From IMG/VR virus record IMGVR_UViG_3300048854_000081, positions 96,001 to 160,000 of that record: a DNA stretch of 64,000 nucleotides; one strand, given 5' to 3'. Within the stretch, counting starts at the first letter, position 1. Every line of letters starts with the position of its first letter. Below are positions 48,924 through 59,617 of this stretch, piece by piece. The notes beneath the pieces were generated by a model. That model made no database searches, was not told the origin of the DNA, and worked only from the letters and a program-made list of their open reading frames with translations. Both the position numbers and the translations under genes were made by a program. Source of the DNA: a virus (taxonomy: Duplodnaviria > Caudoviricetes).

Positions 48924-49878
48924 AATTATTACCTACGTTTAGACCACCAATACCACCGTTCAACCCGTTACCCACAAAATTACTGTTATCATCAAATGAA
49001 TTTACAATACCCTTGACGATAGGCACGCTACCCGTACCATTAGAACTTTCGGTACTGGTGTTAGGATTTGGGGATGATTCATCACTATAGGAAATGTTTA
49101 CGCTGTCATAGACGAAAACAATTTCTACATTAGTAGTATCAGATTGAGTCATATCCAATTCATCCAAGTTAACGTTGATGATCTTAGGATTTAGATATTC
49201 GTAATACACCTGTTTAGGAGTGGTTACGTCAGATAATGAGTTATCCAGCATGTGATGTGTGACTTTCATGGATTGGAATGGACCCATCTTATGTGCTAAA
49301 GCACCAATCGTCTTATTGTTAGCAGAGAACACATCAAGGTTGTCTGCATTAAGAGCGGTCTGTGTTGAGATTGGGCTGATTGAATTAATGTATCTTGAAA
49401 CTAAACTATGAGCATTATTGACCACATCATCATAAAAAGTTAAGGTAACCGTACCATAGTCCATTTTTATAGCGACCTTGGTTCGCATACCATAGAAATT
49501 CATATCCTGATAAACGACTGTTGGGGAAGGACGGGTTGCTCTCTTCAAAGCAAAACGTAGAGAATCCATGTCATCAGCACCCGTTTCCTTAAGATTAAGG
49601 ACAGAGGTTCGTGGGGTGAAGGATACCGTAAATAGGAATTTTAGCTTAGGTTGTTCATAGGTTGCAAATGCATCCGGAATATCCGATGATAATGCTGAGA
49701 AGTCAGAAGAGCCATCAGCCGAAGAGCTAGCCACAGAATTCTTAAGTAAACGATGGGGTACGTATTCATTAGCCGCTTCAGGCGATGAAGATGACGTATT
49801 AGCCGTAACTATGTTGGCATCTAGTGTAACTGCCTGTTGAGGGTCTAGTGAATTGGCTGGATTAAATATTTGAGGCAT
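48910..49878 (-). CDS. Baseplate tail-tube initiator/cap-like protein (gp54/gp19-related)
   Basis: PKLKFLFTVSF...RP...N.Y...K...YGTVTLTFYDD...NPKI....DELD...VFVYD. Confidence 0.65.
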   Translation of the reverse strand: MPQIFNPANSLDPQQAVTLDANIVTANTSSSSPEAANEYVPHRLLKNSVASSSADGSSDFSALSSDIPDAFATYEQPKLKFLFTVSFTPRTSVLNLKETGADDMDSLRFALKRATRPSPTVVYQDMNFYGMRTKVAIKMDYGTVTLTFYDDVVNNAHSLVSRYINSISPISTQTALNADNLDVFSANNKTIGALAHKMGPFQSMKVTHHMLDNSLSDVTTPKQVYYEYLNPKIINVNLDELDMTQSDTTNVEIVFVYDSVNISYSDESSPNPNTSTESSNGTGSVPIVKGIVNSFDDNSNFVGNGLNGGIGGLNVGNNFGNF

Positions 49879-50422
49879 TTATGGTTCTCGATACCGCCTG
49901 AGCGATTTGTTTACAATTTCTAATGAGTGCTGCTGAATAGTTGGTCGAAAGATACTTACCATTCTTAAGATCGTTAACTATATTGTCTACTATGTTATAA
50001 AAGGTAGTCTGTAAGGATGATGGAGCTATGTTGATAATCTGTAACATATTAAGGTTACCAACGACTATCATTCTACCTTCAGCCAATGTAACAGTCTTAA
50101 AATTTACATCTGCACCGTATATAATGTTATTGTTAAAAATATCACCCGACAATTGAGTGCCATTAACTACATTTCTATTTATTAGGGCCAAAGAGTCCAA
50201 TCCCTTCGAAATGGTTCCATTACCATAATCAGTTAGAATACTATTGAGTAGATCGTTAGGTATCTGATTGACTAACTGTTTAGGGTTTGCCGCAGCAATA
50301 CTTCCATTGGCATTCACAAAGTTGTTGCCAATGAATTGGGAAATATTCGTTCCAGCACTTCTTTTAAAGAAATTGGTGGATATCTGCCCTAAGGAATATT
50401 TTGGAATTAGCACTGATGGCAT
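49862..50422 (-). CDS. Hypothetical (probably structural) protein
   Basis: TAAATA at 50449-50444; between the tube and tube-initiator genes. Confidence 0.55.
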   Translation of the reverse strand: MPSVLIPKYSLGQISTNFFKRSAGTNISQFIGNNFVNANGSIAAANPKQLVNQIPNDLLNSILTDYGNGTISKGLDSLALINRNVVNGTQLSGDIFNNNIIYGADVNFKTVTLAEGRMIVVGNLNMLQIINIAPSSLQTTFYNIVDNIVNDLKNGKYLSTNYSAALIRNCKQIAQAVSRTINASNI

Positions 50423-50450
50423 TGTTATAACTCTCTATTCCATTATTTAT

Positions 50451-50484
50451 AAAAAATAAAGCCGCCCTTGGGCGGCTTTATTAT
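50451..50484 (-). terminator. Intrinsic terminator after the tail tube gene
   Basis: AATAAAGCCGCCC-AA-GGGCGGCTTTATTTTTT on the minus strand. Confidence 0.8.
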
Positions 50485-50504
50485 TGATCCTAAAGAGAAG
50501 ACTC

Positions 50505-51089
50505 TTAGAATGCACCTTGACCCGGATGAGCCTTGTAGACGATGCCGGTAAGCTTCTGTCTTGCATGGTCATAGCTGACGGTTAGGTTGATCTTGATAGC
50601 TTCGGATGCTGCATAGTCAAGGTCAGTGTAGTCGATATTTTCGATCCAGCAACCTTCAATTGACCACGATTCAAAAACGGTATCCTGACCGTCTAGGATG
50701 TCGATACGTGTAGCAAACTTATACAATTCACCAGCGGCACTTGCAGGTAGCAATGCACTAGGGAACTGACCGATAATGTTCTGCTGCTTCTCAAGCTGAT
50801 TCTTAAGAGCGGCGGCAACTAGACCACCGGTATCATCTTCGAAGACCATATTCATAGGATCGAAGCTGTGCTTACCAGCGATGTAGACACGAGAGTTATA
50901 ACGGTCTAACGTAATCTTTTCAAAGTTCATCTTAGGGCGTTCTGCGGTGATAGCCTGAACGGTCAAGAAATCACCGTCCGCGCTAGAAGCACCTAAACCA
51001 ACGAAGGTCAAACGCCATCTATTCTTCAATTTAGGCTGATAGATACCAAGATTACCGGTATCATTACCCACGTCACTTAAAACTGCCAT
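50505..51089 (-). CDS. gp19: Tail tube protein (gp19-like)
   Basis: QPKLKNRWR...RP...I..YNS..Y.AGK..F...EDD...W..EGCW...Y..LDY.....I...YDHA; GGAG RBS and TAAATA upstream. Confidence 0.8.
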   Translation of the reverse strand: MAVLSDVGNDTGNLGIYQPKLKNRWRLTFVGLGASSADGDFLTVQAITAERPKMNFEKITLDRYNSRVYIAGKHSFDPMNMVFEDDTGGLVAAALKNQLEKQQNIIGQFPSALLPASAAGELYKFATRIDILDGQDTVFESWSIEGCWIENIDYTDLDYAASEAIKINLTVSYDHARQKLTGIVYKAHPGQGAF

Positions 51090-51116
51090 CAAAATTCTCC
51101 AAAAGTAATTTCATAT

Positions 51117-51191
51117 TATTTATCAATCACAGAAAAATTCCCAAGTAAAACAATAGCAATTCGGACAAATAGTAGACGGGAACGATAAATA
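51117..51191. promoter_or_regulatory. Divergent pair of TAAATA late promoters (tail tube gene and gene 51217)
   Basis: TAAATA at 51122-51117 (-) and 51186-51191 (+). Confidence 0.7.
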
Positions 51192-51216
51192 ATTGTAACT
51201 AATTTCATGGAACCAT

Positions 51217-51954
51217 ATGCGCTCGTTTAAACAATACATCTTGAATGAATACCTAAACGTAAAGCCTGTTGAAAACGAGGCAATGCTCGTTTTACAGAAA
51301 ATTATTGATATGGTAGATGACGGTCATGTTGACTATGATTCTAAGCGAATCAAGATTAACGTTGGTACCCTAATTAAGAATAAGAAGTACAAGGGTCTTA
51401 ACATTTTTATCGTTAAGGGTTCTGGTGAGCCAAAGATCGGTCGTCATCAGGATGAAGAAAGCCATGCTATCTTCCTTTATGCTGACCGCATGCCAGCCAG
51501 AGAGAAAATCGATAATTTCCTAGCTGATCAGGAAAGAAGCACTGCCTTTAAATCCTTGTTTAAGAAATTCTTCAATGATGCCGTATTCGACGGTACAGAT
51601 GAGCAAGAAGGTTCTGCTTATGAACAGGGTGCTGCTCTTAATACCAGAACCAACTTTGAAAAGTCCTACGTTGAACTAGTTAGCAAGCTTAATGACGAAT
51701 CATCCAAGTATATGGATGCCAAGAAGGAAATGGAAAATCGTATCGAACGCTCCAATGACGATCTTGGTCATGGTGAAGTTCTAAAGCTTGGCCTAACTAA
51801 GCTTAAGAAGGAAATGGTTGGTAGCAACGTAAATGAATTCAAATCCAAAGCCATTGAACTATATGGTAAGGATAAGTACAAAATGTTGAATCCAGAGTTC
51901 AAAACTAAGCTCGACTCTCGACTAGAAGATTACTTCGAACATAAGTTCAAGTAA
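51217..51954 (+). CDS. Hypothetical late protein with a capsid-targeting-like N-terminus
   Basis: MRSFKQYILNE; TAAATA at 51186. Confidence 0.6.
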   Translation: MRSFKQYILNEYLNVKPVENEAMLVLQKIIDMVDDGHVDYDSKRIKINVGTLIKNKKYKGLNIFIVKGSGEPKIGRHQDEESHAIFLYADRMPAREKIDNFLADQERSTAFKSLFKKFFNDAVFDGTDEQEGSAYEQGAALNTRTNFEKSYVELVSKLNDESSKYMDAKKEMENRIERSNDDLGHGEVLKLGLTKLKKEMVGSNVNEFKSKAIELYGKDKYKMLNPEFKTKLDSRLEDYFEHKFK

Positions 51955-51955
51955 G

Positions 51956-51982
51956 AAAAAGCCGCCAATTGGCGGCTTTTTT
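51956..51982. terminator. Bidirectional intrinsic terminator
   Basis: AAAAAGCCGCC-AATT-GGCGGCTTTTTT between convergent genes. Confidence 0.85.
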
Positions 51983-52785
51983 CATTCTACATCATCAAAT
52001 GGTATATCTTTGACCACTCCACCATCGATAACAAATGAATCCTTAGGTGGATCATTAATGTCTGCATCGATGGCATCCGAGAACGACTGATTCTGACGCA
52101 ATGTCTGAAGACGGACGTGAATCGTCTCAACGAAGTTCTTCTTGAAGTCGATAGGTGCCTGCAACCAGCCGTATGTACTGAAGATAATACTACATACGTT
52201 TAACTTTCTATCCGTACCAGATGGATAGTTCTCTTCAAATCCAATATTCTCTCTTTCCAATACCGTAATCTTTGCGCCATCAAATGGATCATCGCTGGTC
52301 TGAATCTGGATGGAAGGATTAAATAAGGTTAAAATTTGCTCTAGAATCTGGAACTTTTGCGATTCATTGGAAGTGAAGATGTTCAATTCGAATGCCAATT
52401 TATAAGGCATTGGAGTTAAACGATGGGGAACAACAATATCTTCAAGTCTTCCACCACGGGGAACAACAGCACGACGTTCTACCGTACCCAAACCCTTCTG
52501 GCGCTCAGGAGCGGGAGCCAAATCTACTAACTTAGCCGAAAACATTGGTAAACGTAATGGTTTATTAGTTGTATTTCCAGCAATCACAGCATCTACCACA
52601 CGATCTGCACCACCATATCTAATAGGAATCTGTATTAGATTAGTCTGCGAGTTGAAATCGTTCTTACCTATAGAAACATACATGTCCGAGAAGACAGCCA
52701 TGAACTGCTCGATATATGAAACTAATTGCTTATCGTACCAGTAATTTTCAAATGGTTTATCAAAATATACTTGTTCGTCACTCAT
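51982..52785 (-). CDS. gp15: Tail sheath stabiliser/terminator (gp15-like)
   Basis: YWYD.Q...YI.QF...FS...IPIRYG...LP...P.PY.L.FEL.I......QILEQIL..FNP. Confidence 0.8.
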   Translation of the reverse strand: MSDEQVYFDKPFENYWYDKQLVSYIEQFMAVFSDMYVSIGKNDFNSQTNLIQIPIRYGGADRVVDAVIAGNTTNKPLRLPMFSAKLVDLAPAPERQKGLGTVERRAVVPRGGRLEDIVVPHRLTPMPYKLAFELNIFTSNESQKFQILEQILTLFNPSIQIQTSDDPFDGAKITVLERENIGFEENYPSGTDRKLNVCSIIFSTYGWLQAPIDFKKNFVETIHVRLQTLRQNQSFSDAIDADINDPPKDSFVIDGGVVKDIPFDDVE

Positions 52786-52810
52786 ATGGTCACCTTTACC
52801 TTATTTATTA

Positions 52811-54058
52811 TCATGGAGGTGGTGCAGATGGTGATGGTGTTGGGTCAGGTGTAGGAGCAATTGTTGGTGTAGGTGTTGCCTCTGGCGTTACTGTCAAAGT
52901 CACGGACGGAGTTGGGGTTACTTCTGGTGTCACCGTCATGGTCACTGATGGTGTAGGAGTTACTGTATCACTTAACGAAATTGTTGGAGTGATAGATGGG
53001 GTAACCGTCAATGACGCAGTGATGGAAGGTGTAACAGTAATCGTAGGTGAAACGCTGATAGTCAACGAAATCGTTGGAGTTATCGACGGAGTTATACTTG
53101 GGGTAATCGTCGCGGTAACTGATGGCGTAGGAGTCAAGGACGAACCCGGAGCCGGAGTTGAGGTTGGGGTTACCGAAGGTGTTGGTGTGACTGTCGCCGT
53201 TGCCGTAGGTGTCATGGTTGTGGTTACAGCCGGAGTATTGCTGGTCGATGGTGTTACTGTCAACGTTGGAGTAACCGATGGAGTCGATGTCAATGATGGA
53301 GTCAACGAAAGTGTTGGCGTTACGGATGGTGTATCCGATATGGTTGGTGTCAATGTTGGTGTAACTGGCGGTGTTTCCGATGGAGTTACAGAAATCGTAG
53401 GCGTAATCGATGGCGTCTCCGATGGAGTTGGAGTTACCGAAGCTGTCAATGATGGCGTTACCGATATGGTAGGAGTCACAGACGCAGTTGGTGATGCTGT
53501 CTGTGTTGGTGTAATGGTTGGACTGATTGCCGGAGTCGAACTTGGAGTGATAGATACCGACATCGTGATACCCGGAGTCGAGGTCGGTGTAACCTGTGGT
53601 GTCTTCGATGGGGTCAACGATGGCGATGCTGTAGGTGTAGGTGTGGCACTCAATATGATAGTTGAGGTTGGAGTTATCGTTGGTGTAGCCGATGGTGTAG
53701 GTGTAGGCGTGGAAGAAATAGGAACTGGGGTGATTGTTTCCAATACCGTACCAAAATACAAAACTTCTACGAAACCAGTGTAAGAATTGTTACCAAAATC
53801 TACAGTGAATACGTTATCATCCACCACTAAGGTGTTTGCCTCTACTTTAGTAAAGCCTGAGGTTGCATCACCAATATAAACTCTAATGGATAGGTCGCTT
53901 GAATTAAAGTAATGATTAACCGTCCACAACGATGATGCTGTGGTTTGATTGAATTGAAAAGAATTTTGGAAATCTTCAAAATTCTTTTCCGCATTGACTA
54001 CTCTACCAGTGATTTTATCTAATAGAACCTTTTTGTAATTAGAAAATAACTTAATCAT
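52811..54058 (-). CDS. Mucin-like virion protein: small N-terminal beta module plus about 300-aa Thr/Ser/Pro tail
   Basis: ATGA overlap with the upstream gene at 54055-54058; C-terminal three quarters almost only T/S/P/V/I. Confidence 0.7.
   Translation of the reverse strand: MIKLFSNYKKVLLDKITGRVVNAEKNFEDFQNSFQFNQTTASSLWTVNHYFNSSDLSIRVYIGDATSGFTKVEANTLVVDDNVFTVDFGNNSYTGFVEVLYFGTVLETITPVPISSTPTPTPSATPTITPTSTIILSATPTPTASPSLTPSKTPQVTPTSTPGITMSVSITPSSTPAISPTITPTQTASPTASVTPTISVTPSLTASVTPTPSETPSITPTISVTPSETPPVTPTLTPTISDTPSVTPTLSLTPSLTSTPSVTPTLTVTPSTSNTPAVTTTMTPTATATVTPTPSVTPTSTPAPGSSLTPTPSVTATITPSITPSITPTISLTISVSPTITVTPSITASLTVTPSITPTISLSDTVTPTPSVTMTVTPEVTPTPSVTLTVTPEATPTPTIAPTPDPTPSPSAPPP
52814..53733 (-). 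repeat. Mucin-like (T/S)-X coding repeat tract
   Basis: TPSVTPT-type repeats running to the C-terminus; boundaries approximate. Confidence 0.9.
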
Positions 54059-56685
54059 TGGGTTAGTTTGCCCGCCCAAGTGTCAATAACAACATCAGTA
54101 TAAGCCGATGCACTTGGTAGTAATCCAAAAACATGACCATCGTTATAAATGTCGGAGGCACCTGAATAGTTCATCGTCTGAGTAGGGATATCAAATACAT
54201 AGATACCAAATCCAAAGGTATAAATTGTGATAGTATTTGCATTACTCTTTACAGTTCTCAGTCTAGCATCGGTAGCAGTCATACCTTGGAATTGATTCTG
54301 TGGTATCTGGTTTGTCAATGTTAAGGATGTGACATCTGTAACGTTATTAGTTGAATCTAGCGATCTAACGTTTAGTACACAGAATTCTGGAACGTCAGTT
54401 GTGACATCACTGCTAGCACCAAAAGTTAAGCTTGAAGGTGGTACAACTGGATTTATTACGAACAAGTAATTATCAGTTATGCTTATATAACCATAATCAT
54501 TAGCATTATAGATTACATTTTCAAGCTGTTGGGTTGCTCTATTATAGACGGCAACATAGGATTCATTGCTATCAATTACATTCTGAGACGTTAGGAATAG
54601 GTCTTGTCTTCTGCTATTGATGTTATTTGCAACGGATATGTAATCCTTCTCACCAAAGCTCTTGGATTCATAAATTTCACCATTGGTATCTTCCAAATTA
54701 TCTAAATGATATAAAGGAATTGTATCGGAAGATTGAATTACATCGAATGTATAAGTGACATCGACAGACGAATCTTCCACATTAATATTGGTTAGTCCAA
54801 TTTTGATTAATGTAAGTTTGTTCGTTTCATCTTCAACACCTAACATAAAGGCTGTACCATCACCCAAAACGTCCATACCATGCAAACCAACACAAGTTGT
54901 TGAGTTGGAGTTGGTAAAATCGTTCAATTGATTGACAGCAAGTTGGTTACCATTGGAAAATACAACAAGAGAATCGATATTTTGGCTGGTAGAGAATCTA
55001 TATGTGCCGTATTGTAGTCCAGTTGTAATATCTACCGCGTATGCAGATATCGATATGAAGCCTTCCGAATTATTTGGGATGGTGAATACTGGATGGGTTA
55101 TAGATGGTGCGAAACTACTATCATATTCGAAATCATTATCGGCATAGATACCAGACCAATAAAGATTACCGTCATTGCGATCTGTACCGACAAAGTTAGG
55201 TGGGTTTATGGATATGAATCCACCATTATCAAATCCACGAAGTTTACGTGTAAATTTATCTCCGACATCCTCACCATCACTGGAAACGCGCCACGATACA
55301 CTAAATTGACCAATATCATTACGAGTAGCACCATCAAATGAAGATAGTGCTACTTGTGCTGTTTTATCATTAGCATTCGTTAATGGGAATGCTGATTTAT
55401 AGAATAAAGAAATAGCATCTGGCGAATTCGATATTACTGTTGGTGAAGTGGTTACCGATGGTGTAATTGTAGGCGTTGGTGATGGTGTCACTGTTGTCGA
55501 ACTAGTAACCGTTGGGGTTGGAGTTAGAGTTGCCGAAAGTGTGACTGTCGGGGTTTGTGTATGCGTTGGTGTTGGAGTAGGGGAAATACCCAACGAAGAT
55601 GTTGGTGTAGGTGTTAACGATTGTGTGGCCGTTACCGATGGAGACAACGATGTTGTTGGGGTTGGTGAGGGAGTCAAGCTAACACTACGCGATGGCGTAA
55701 TGGTTGGGGTTGGTGAAGGTGTTGGACCCGGAATTCTGTTCTCAATCCATACAATTTCTTGTAGATCGATGAATACCGTGTCAGATGAGACAATGTGTCC
55801 CACTTTCTGTAGAGAATACTGTTGTGGAACGTCAACTGTGATCTGACCAGTATCACCAACGAACAATGGTGTGTTAGGTGCTTGGGTCCAATTCCAATTG
55901 TTATAATTGGTTAGAAAACCTTTTGTAATAAACTGTTTGACTTCATTGATACCAGCCGGTTCGACTGAAATGCCCACGCATGGGCGGGTGTAGTCGATAT
56001 AGGACGCAACACCAAGTTGCTTTGGTCCTTTCCATGTCAAGCAATGATAAGCTGGAATAGGTTCAATAGCTTTACCATCCATAAGAATGGAGTCGATTTT
56101 ATAAGCATTATGAATGTCTTGCTGGGTGTGAACCGGGTCTTCGGTCGTTAGAAAATAGTATCTACCACTACGATCTACCACGCGAAGGGCAATTCCATTT
56201 ACGTCAAATAGGATATAACCAAAAGATATCTGACCATTTAGTGCAACTTGCGATCCGATTGGCTGTGGCGTGAAAATACCACCGCTACCAATCTTACCAG
56301 CAAACACGCGAAGCTTTTCGTTCCAAGCTACGCCACTCCACACTTTCATTTTCTTATCAGCATAATCAAAGAAATGCTGACCTACCGAAGGATTGGCTGG
56401 TAATGAATTACCATAGGATGGTGCGTATGGGGTGGTGCCGAAGGTTCTAAGGCCAGTGGCAAGATCGATATCCCAATAAAGATAGGTATCTATCCCGGTA
56501 GGGAATGGACCCCATGCTCCTACAACTGCTTCGGCTTCCGTAAACAAATAATCATGAGTACCGTAAGCAAATGCAATATCTAGACGTTGAACATCTACGT
56601 TAATATTAACTTTACCACCCACAAGTTGTAGGTAGTTGTTATTCACTTGCGCTGCGATTATGCCTTGGCGAAAATTTATGATCAT
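54055..56685 (-). CDS. Virion protein, paralog of 10572..14342 (shared N-terminal ~310 aa) with a shorter mucin tract and a different C-terminal domain
   Basis: [10 protein letters not shown] vs [10 protein letters not shown]; YLYWDI/WLYWDI; NWNWT...TPL(F/Y)VG..GQ; VGHIVS/VGYIVS. Confidence 0.75.
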   Translation of the reverse strand: MIINFRQGIIAAQVNNNYLQLVGGKVNINVDVQRLDIAFAYGTHDYLFTEAEAVVGAWGPFPTGIDTYLYWDIDLATGLRTFGTTPYAPSYGNSLPANPSVGQHFFDYADKKMKVWSGVAWNEKLRVFAGKIGSGGIFTPQPIGSQVALNGQISFGYILFDVNGIALRVVDRSGRYYFLTTEDPVHTQQDIHNAYKIDSILMDGKAIEPIPAYHCLTWKGPKQLGVASYIDYTRPCVGISVEPAGINEVKQFITKGFLTNYNNWNWTQAPNTPLFVGDTGQITVDVPQQYSLQKVGHIVSSDTVFIDLQEIVWIENRIPGPTPSPTPTITPSRSVSLTPSPTPTTSLSPSVTATQSLTPTPTSSLGISPTPTPTHTQTPTVTLSATLTPTPTVTSSTTVTPSPTPTITPSVTTSPTVISNSPDAISLFYKSAFPLTNANDKTAQVALSSFDGATRNDIGQFSVSWRVSSDGEDVGDKFTRKLRGFDNGGFISINPPNFVGTDRNDGNLYWSGIYADNDFEYDSSFAPSITHPVFTIPNNSEGFISISAYAVDITTGLQYGTYRFSTSQNIDSLVVFSNGNQLAVNQLNDFTNSNSTTCVGLHGMDVLGDGTAFMLGVEDETNKLTLIKIGLTNINVEDSSVDVTYTFDVIQSSDTIPLYHLDNLEDTNGEIYESKSFGEKDYISVANNINSRRQDLFLTSQNVIDSNESYVAVYNRATQQLENVIYNANDYGYISITDNYLFVINPVVPPSSLTFGASSDVTTDVPEFCVLNVRSLDSTNNVTDVTSLTLTNQIPQNQFQGMTATDARLRTVKSNANTITIYTFGFGIYVFDIPTQTMNYSGASDIYNDGHVFGLLPSASAYTDVVIDTWAGKLTQ

Positions 56686-56710
56686 AGGAATAAGGAGTCT
56701 TTAATCATAC

Positions 56711-56716
56711 TATTTA
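56711..56716 (-). promoter_or_regulatory. Late promoter motif TAAATA
   Basis: Upstream of ATG 56685; equivalent motifs at 52802 and 59585. Confidence 0.65.
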
Positions 56717-56743
56717 TTCCCATGACCAATTAAGTCATTTTAC

Positions 56744-59560
56744 TCAGGTAAATGCAGATGTTGGTGGGATGAACCCGGCTGAAGTATATGGTGAAGACAT
56801 GCGCGTTACGCGAACCTCATCAATATAGCCAACCCAAGGATAGCCAGTATTGTAATAAACACCGATATTTAATTCGGTTGAGCTTCCGAAATTATCTCCA
56901 CTATCAATCGCATTAATGACAACCGTACCATTAATAGCTAACATGATAGCCGTACCGACTCGATATGCGGCCCAATGGAACCAACCAGTAGGAATAGTTG
57001 TAGCTGCTGATGCTTCTACTGATCCATTATGATAAAGTTGCCATGTTAATCCAGCATCATCCCAGCCACAACCAAGAGAGCTTGGTGAGCTATTTAAGAA
57101 CATCTGGAAGATGCCTCTAGGGGTCGCCGTTGCGTTTGCCCAACCTTCTATACAGAAATCACCATCAAGAGTACTACCAATGTTTGTAGTTCTCACATAA
57201 CCACCATTTACGAACAACGATGAACCACCAAATTTAGACTGAGCAGTCGATATTTGGGCTGGTGCAGTGCGTGTCCATGTGGTTGTCCCATGAGAATCCG
57301 TTATCGTCGTACTACCATTTGCTCCATCAAAATGTAGTAATGGACCGGTAGAAGCTATAGGCGAGTGAGTTACAGACGGAGTAGGAGTTACCGGAGGTGT
57401 TTTTGTGACTGATGACGTGACTGTAATGGTTGGCGTGACTGTCGGGGACGTTACTAATGTCTTAGTAATTGATGGTGTTAGTGTAATTGTTGGTGTAGGC
57501 GTTGGTGTTAGTGAAAAAGCATCCAATGTGAACGTACGCTTCTCGGCTGCGCCCCAAGCAGTTTGGTTGGTAATCGTTGCTGCAACTATCCAACTACTAT
57601 TATCATCAGAATATTCTATGGTGAAGTTTTTTGGCGCAAGAGCAGACTGATCCCCACCATTATATTGACCAGTCACACCAACAGTTTTAACCAATGTTGG
57701 CGTACCAAAATCCCAACCAATATAACCAGTAGTGCTACCAGCCGTCCATTTTGTTGAAACTAATCCATCAAACGCAAATGATCCATTATTGGCGCTATTT
57801 GCTTCACTTGATTCCAAATAGTTAGACCCTGCCAAGGCAGATTTTACTAGATTCACCGATGAGGTGCTATCATTATAGAAGGCCAGTTCAGCAACACCTA
57901 CATAGTTTGAATCTCCATTATTTAAGGAAATATTCATTCTCCAATATCTATGTGCAAACGCTGCCCATCCCGATGATGGGGTTGGCGTTGGTGTGGAAGA
58001 TATAGTTGGAGTTACAGAGATTGTAGGTGTAATCGTTCTAGAGACAGTGATACTTTTAGTGACAGATGGGGTTATCGTTATTGTCTTTGTTACAGATGGG
58101 GTTACCGTTGGGGTCAAAGTCTGTGTTGGTGTTGGAGTAGGCGTAATAAAGAAATCACGCTTAATACCAAAATTACGCATATAAGAGTTTGAACCACCAT
58201 TGTGATCGCCATTAAGACCTACAAAGTTACCGAACTGCTGTAATGGAATAGATGTGGCAACTACTGCTCCATCAACCAACATTTCTAATGTAATACCTGC
58301 GTCAGCCAGAGTTTTTACTCTAATAGTTACTGACTTCCAAACACCTGTTGGTAATGCATAGAGTGTTCCACCATTACCGATGGTTGGGTCATCTGTTTGA
58401 GCCCAGCTTGTCCAAGAGAAGTTCTGTAAGAAACCACAGTATAGTGTTGGTCCACCAGAATTTCCATTATTATAGTTTCTGGAATCGAAACGAGCCATGA
58501 TACCATGACCATTCGAATCACAACCAAGTAGAACGTCAGACACAGAATCCGTGTTTACCATGTACACGTCTACTGTGATTTGAGTTGAGATATCAAATGG
58601 CTGCGAACAGTTGATGTAAGCATAAGAATCCTCAGGAACACCAATTACCTGCAAGCTTGGATTTGTTGGATCAGGTGACATCACTGCGCCAACGTTCGTC
58701 CAACCACTTAGTGATGAACCATCAAAGGTACAATCATGCTGTGTTAGTGTTACTGATGGAGTTGGAGTCAATGTTTGCGTAACCGTTGCCGAAGGCGTGA
58801 ATGTACTCGTGTTTGTTGGTGTTGGTGTTATACCCGGAGTACCTGTTAAGGTAGGAGTTGCACTATTACCGGGAGTTCCGGATGGTGTAATAGAAACTGT
58901 GGCTGTTGGAGTAGCCGTATTTGTTGGGGTAAATGTTGGGGTAATAGATGGAGTAATAGAAACGGTAGCTGTTGGTGTTACCGTCGAGTCCATACTACCA
59001 GTTACCGAAACGGATACCGTATTCGATGGAGTAATAGATGGAGTTACCGAAATTGTGTTGGTGACGGACGGCGTTACAGTATTTGTTGCTGTCGCCGTTA
59101 GGGTTGGACTGGGAGACACCGATGGAGTATGTGAAACCGATAGCGTTACCGTCTGAGTTGGTGTCAGCGTTGGTGTAGGACTTGGAGTAATGGATGGATC
59201 AGGATAATTACAATTGTCCGTTCTATCTGTTGAATCCAAAAACACTAAATTTACATAGCCTGTAACCGGCTTTGAGAAGGTAATTTCTATGGCACAACCA
59301 TCAATAATTCTGACATCTGCGGATGCAAGTTCGTTATCTAGGTAAATATTTTCAGTAAACGCTTTCGATTTGGCGTTATGATAGATCGTCCATACGTTAG
59401 ATAGATCATATTGGATATGTTGGTACCCAAATACTGCATCATATACTTCATCCTTGGCGACCAAAACACCATCACTGAATCGTCTGAATAATTGTTTAAT
59501 ATTATTTTTATCGACCGAATGAGTCAGTGATGGTGTTGGAGTTGGGGTTAAGTCCGCCAT
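56744..59560 (-). CDS. Multidomain lectin-like virion protein (ConA-like, discoidin/F5-8-like, LamG) with mucin-like linkers
   Basis: HRYWR...AFDG..STKW...APKNFTIEYSDD..W discoidin motif; LLHFDG.NGST...KFGGSSL...GYIDEVRVT LamG. Confidence 0.75.
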   Translation of the reverse strand: MADLTPTPTPSLTHSVDKNNIKQLFRRFSDGVLVAKDEVYDAVFGYQHIQYDLSNVWTIYHNAKSKAFTENIYLDNELASADVRIIDGCAIEITFSKPVTGYVNLVFLDSTDRTDNCNYPDPSITPSPTPTLTPTQTVTLSVSHTPSVSPSPTLTATATNTVTPSVTNTISVTPSITPSNTVSVSVTGSMDSTVTPTATVSITPSITPTFTPTNTATPTATVSITPSGTPGNSATPTLTGTPGITPTPTNTSTFTPSATVTQTLTPTPSVTLTQHDCTFDGSSLSGWTNVGAVMSPDPTNPSLQVIGVPEDSYAYINCSQPFDISTQITVDVYMVNTDSVSDVLLGCDSNGHGIMARFDSRNYNNGNSGGPTLYCGFLQNFSWTSWAQTDDPTIGNGGTLYALPTGVWKSVTIRVKTLADAGITLEMLVDGAVVATSIPLQQFGNFVGLNGDHNGGSNSYMRNFGIKRDFFITPTPTPTQTLTPTVTPSVTKTITITPSVTKSITVSRTITPTISVTPTISSTPTPTPSSGWAAFAHRYWRMNISLNNGDSNYVGVAELAFYNDSTSSVNLVKSALAGSNYLESSEANSANNGSFAFDGLVSTKWTAGSTTGYIGWDFGTPTLVKTVGVTGQYNGGDQSALAPKNFTIEYSDDNSSWIVAATITNQTAWGAAEKRTFTLDAFSLTPTPTPTITLTPSITKTLVTSPTVTPTITVTSSVTKTPPVTPTPSVTHSPIASTGPLLHFDGANGSTTITDSHGTTTWTRTAPAQISTAQSKFGGSSLFVNGGYVRTTNIGSTLDGDFCIEGWANATATPRGIFQMFLNSSPSSLGCGWDDAGLTWQLYHNGSVEASAATTIPTGWFHWAAYRVGTAIMLAINGTVVINAIDSGDNFGSSTELNIGVYYNTGYPWVGYIDEVRVTRMSSPYTSAGFIPPTSAFT

Positions 59561-59617
59561 GGTTCAATTAATCCGATAATCAACTATTTATTACCGGATC
59601 ATAATGTCTACAATTCC

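Noticed and set aside
52716-53783. 355-aa Val/Gly-rich plus-strand ORF, and similar ones at 9714, 11987, 12281, 13013, 17720, 19595, 55448, 57405, 58797 and 61095
   Set aside because: Antisense shadows of Thr/Pro/Ser codon tracts (ACN/CCN read as GT/GG on the other strand), which rarely contain stops. No RBS or independent signal.
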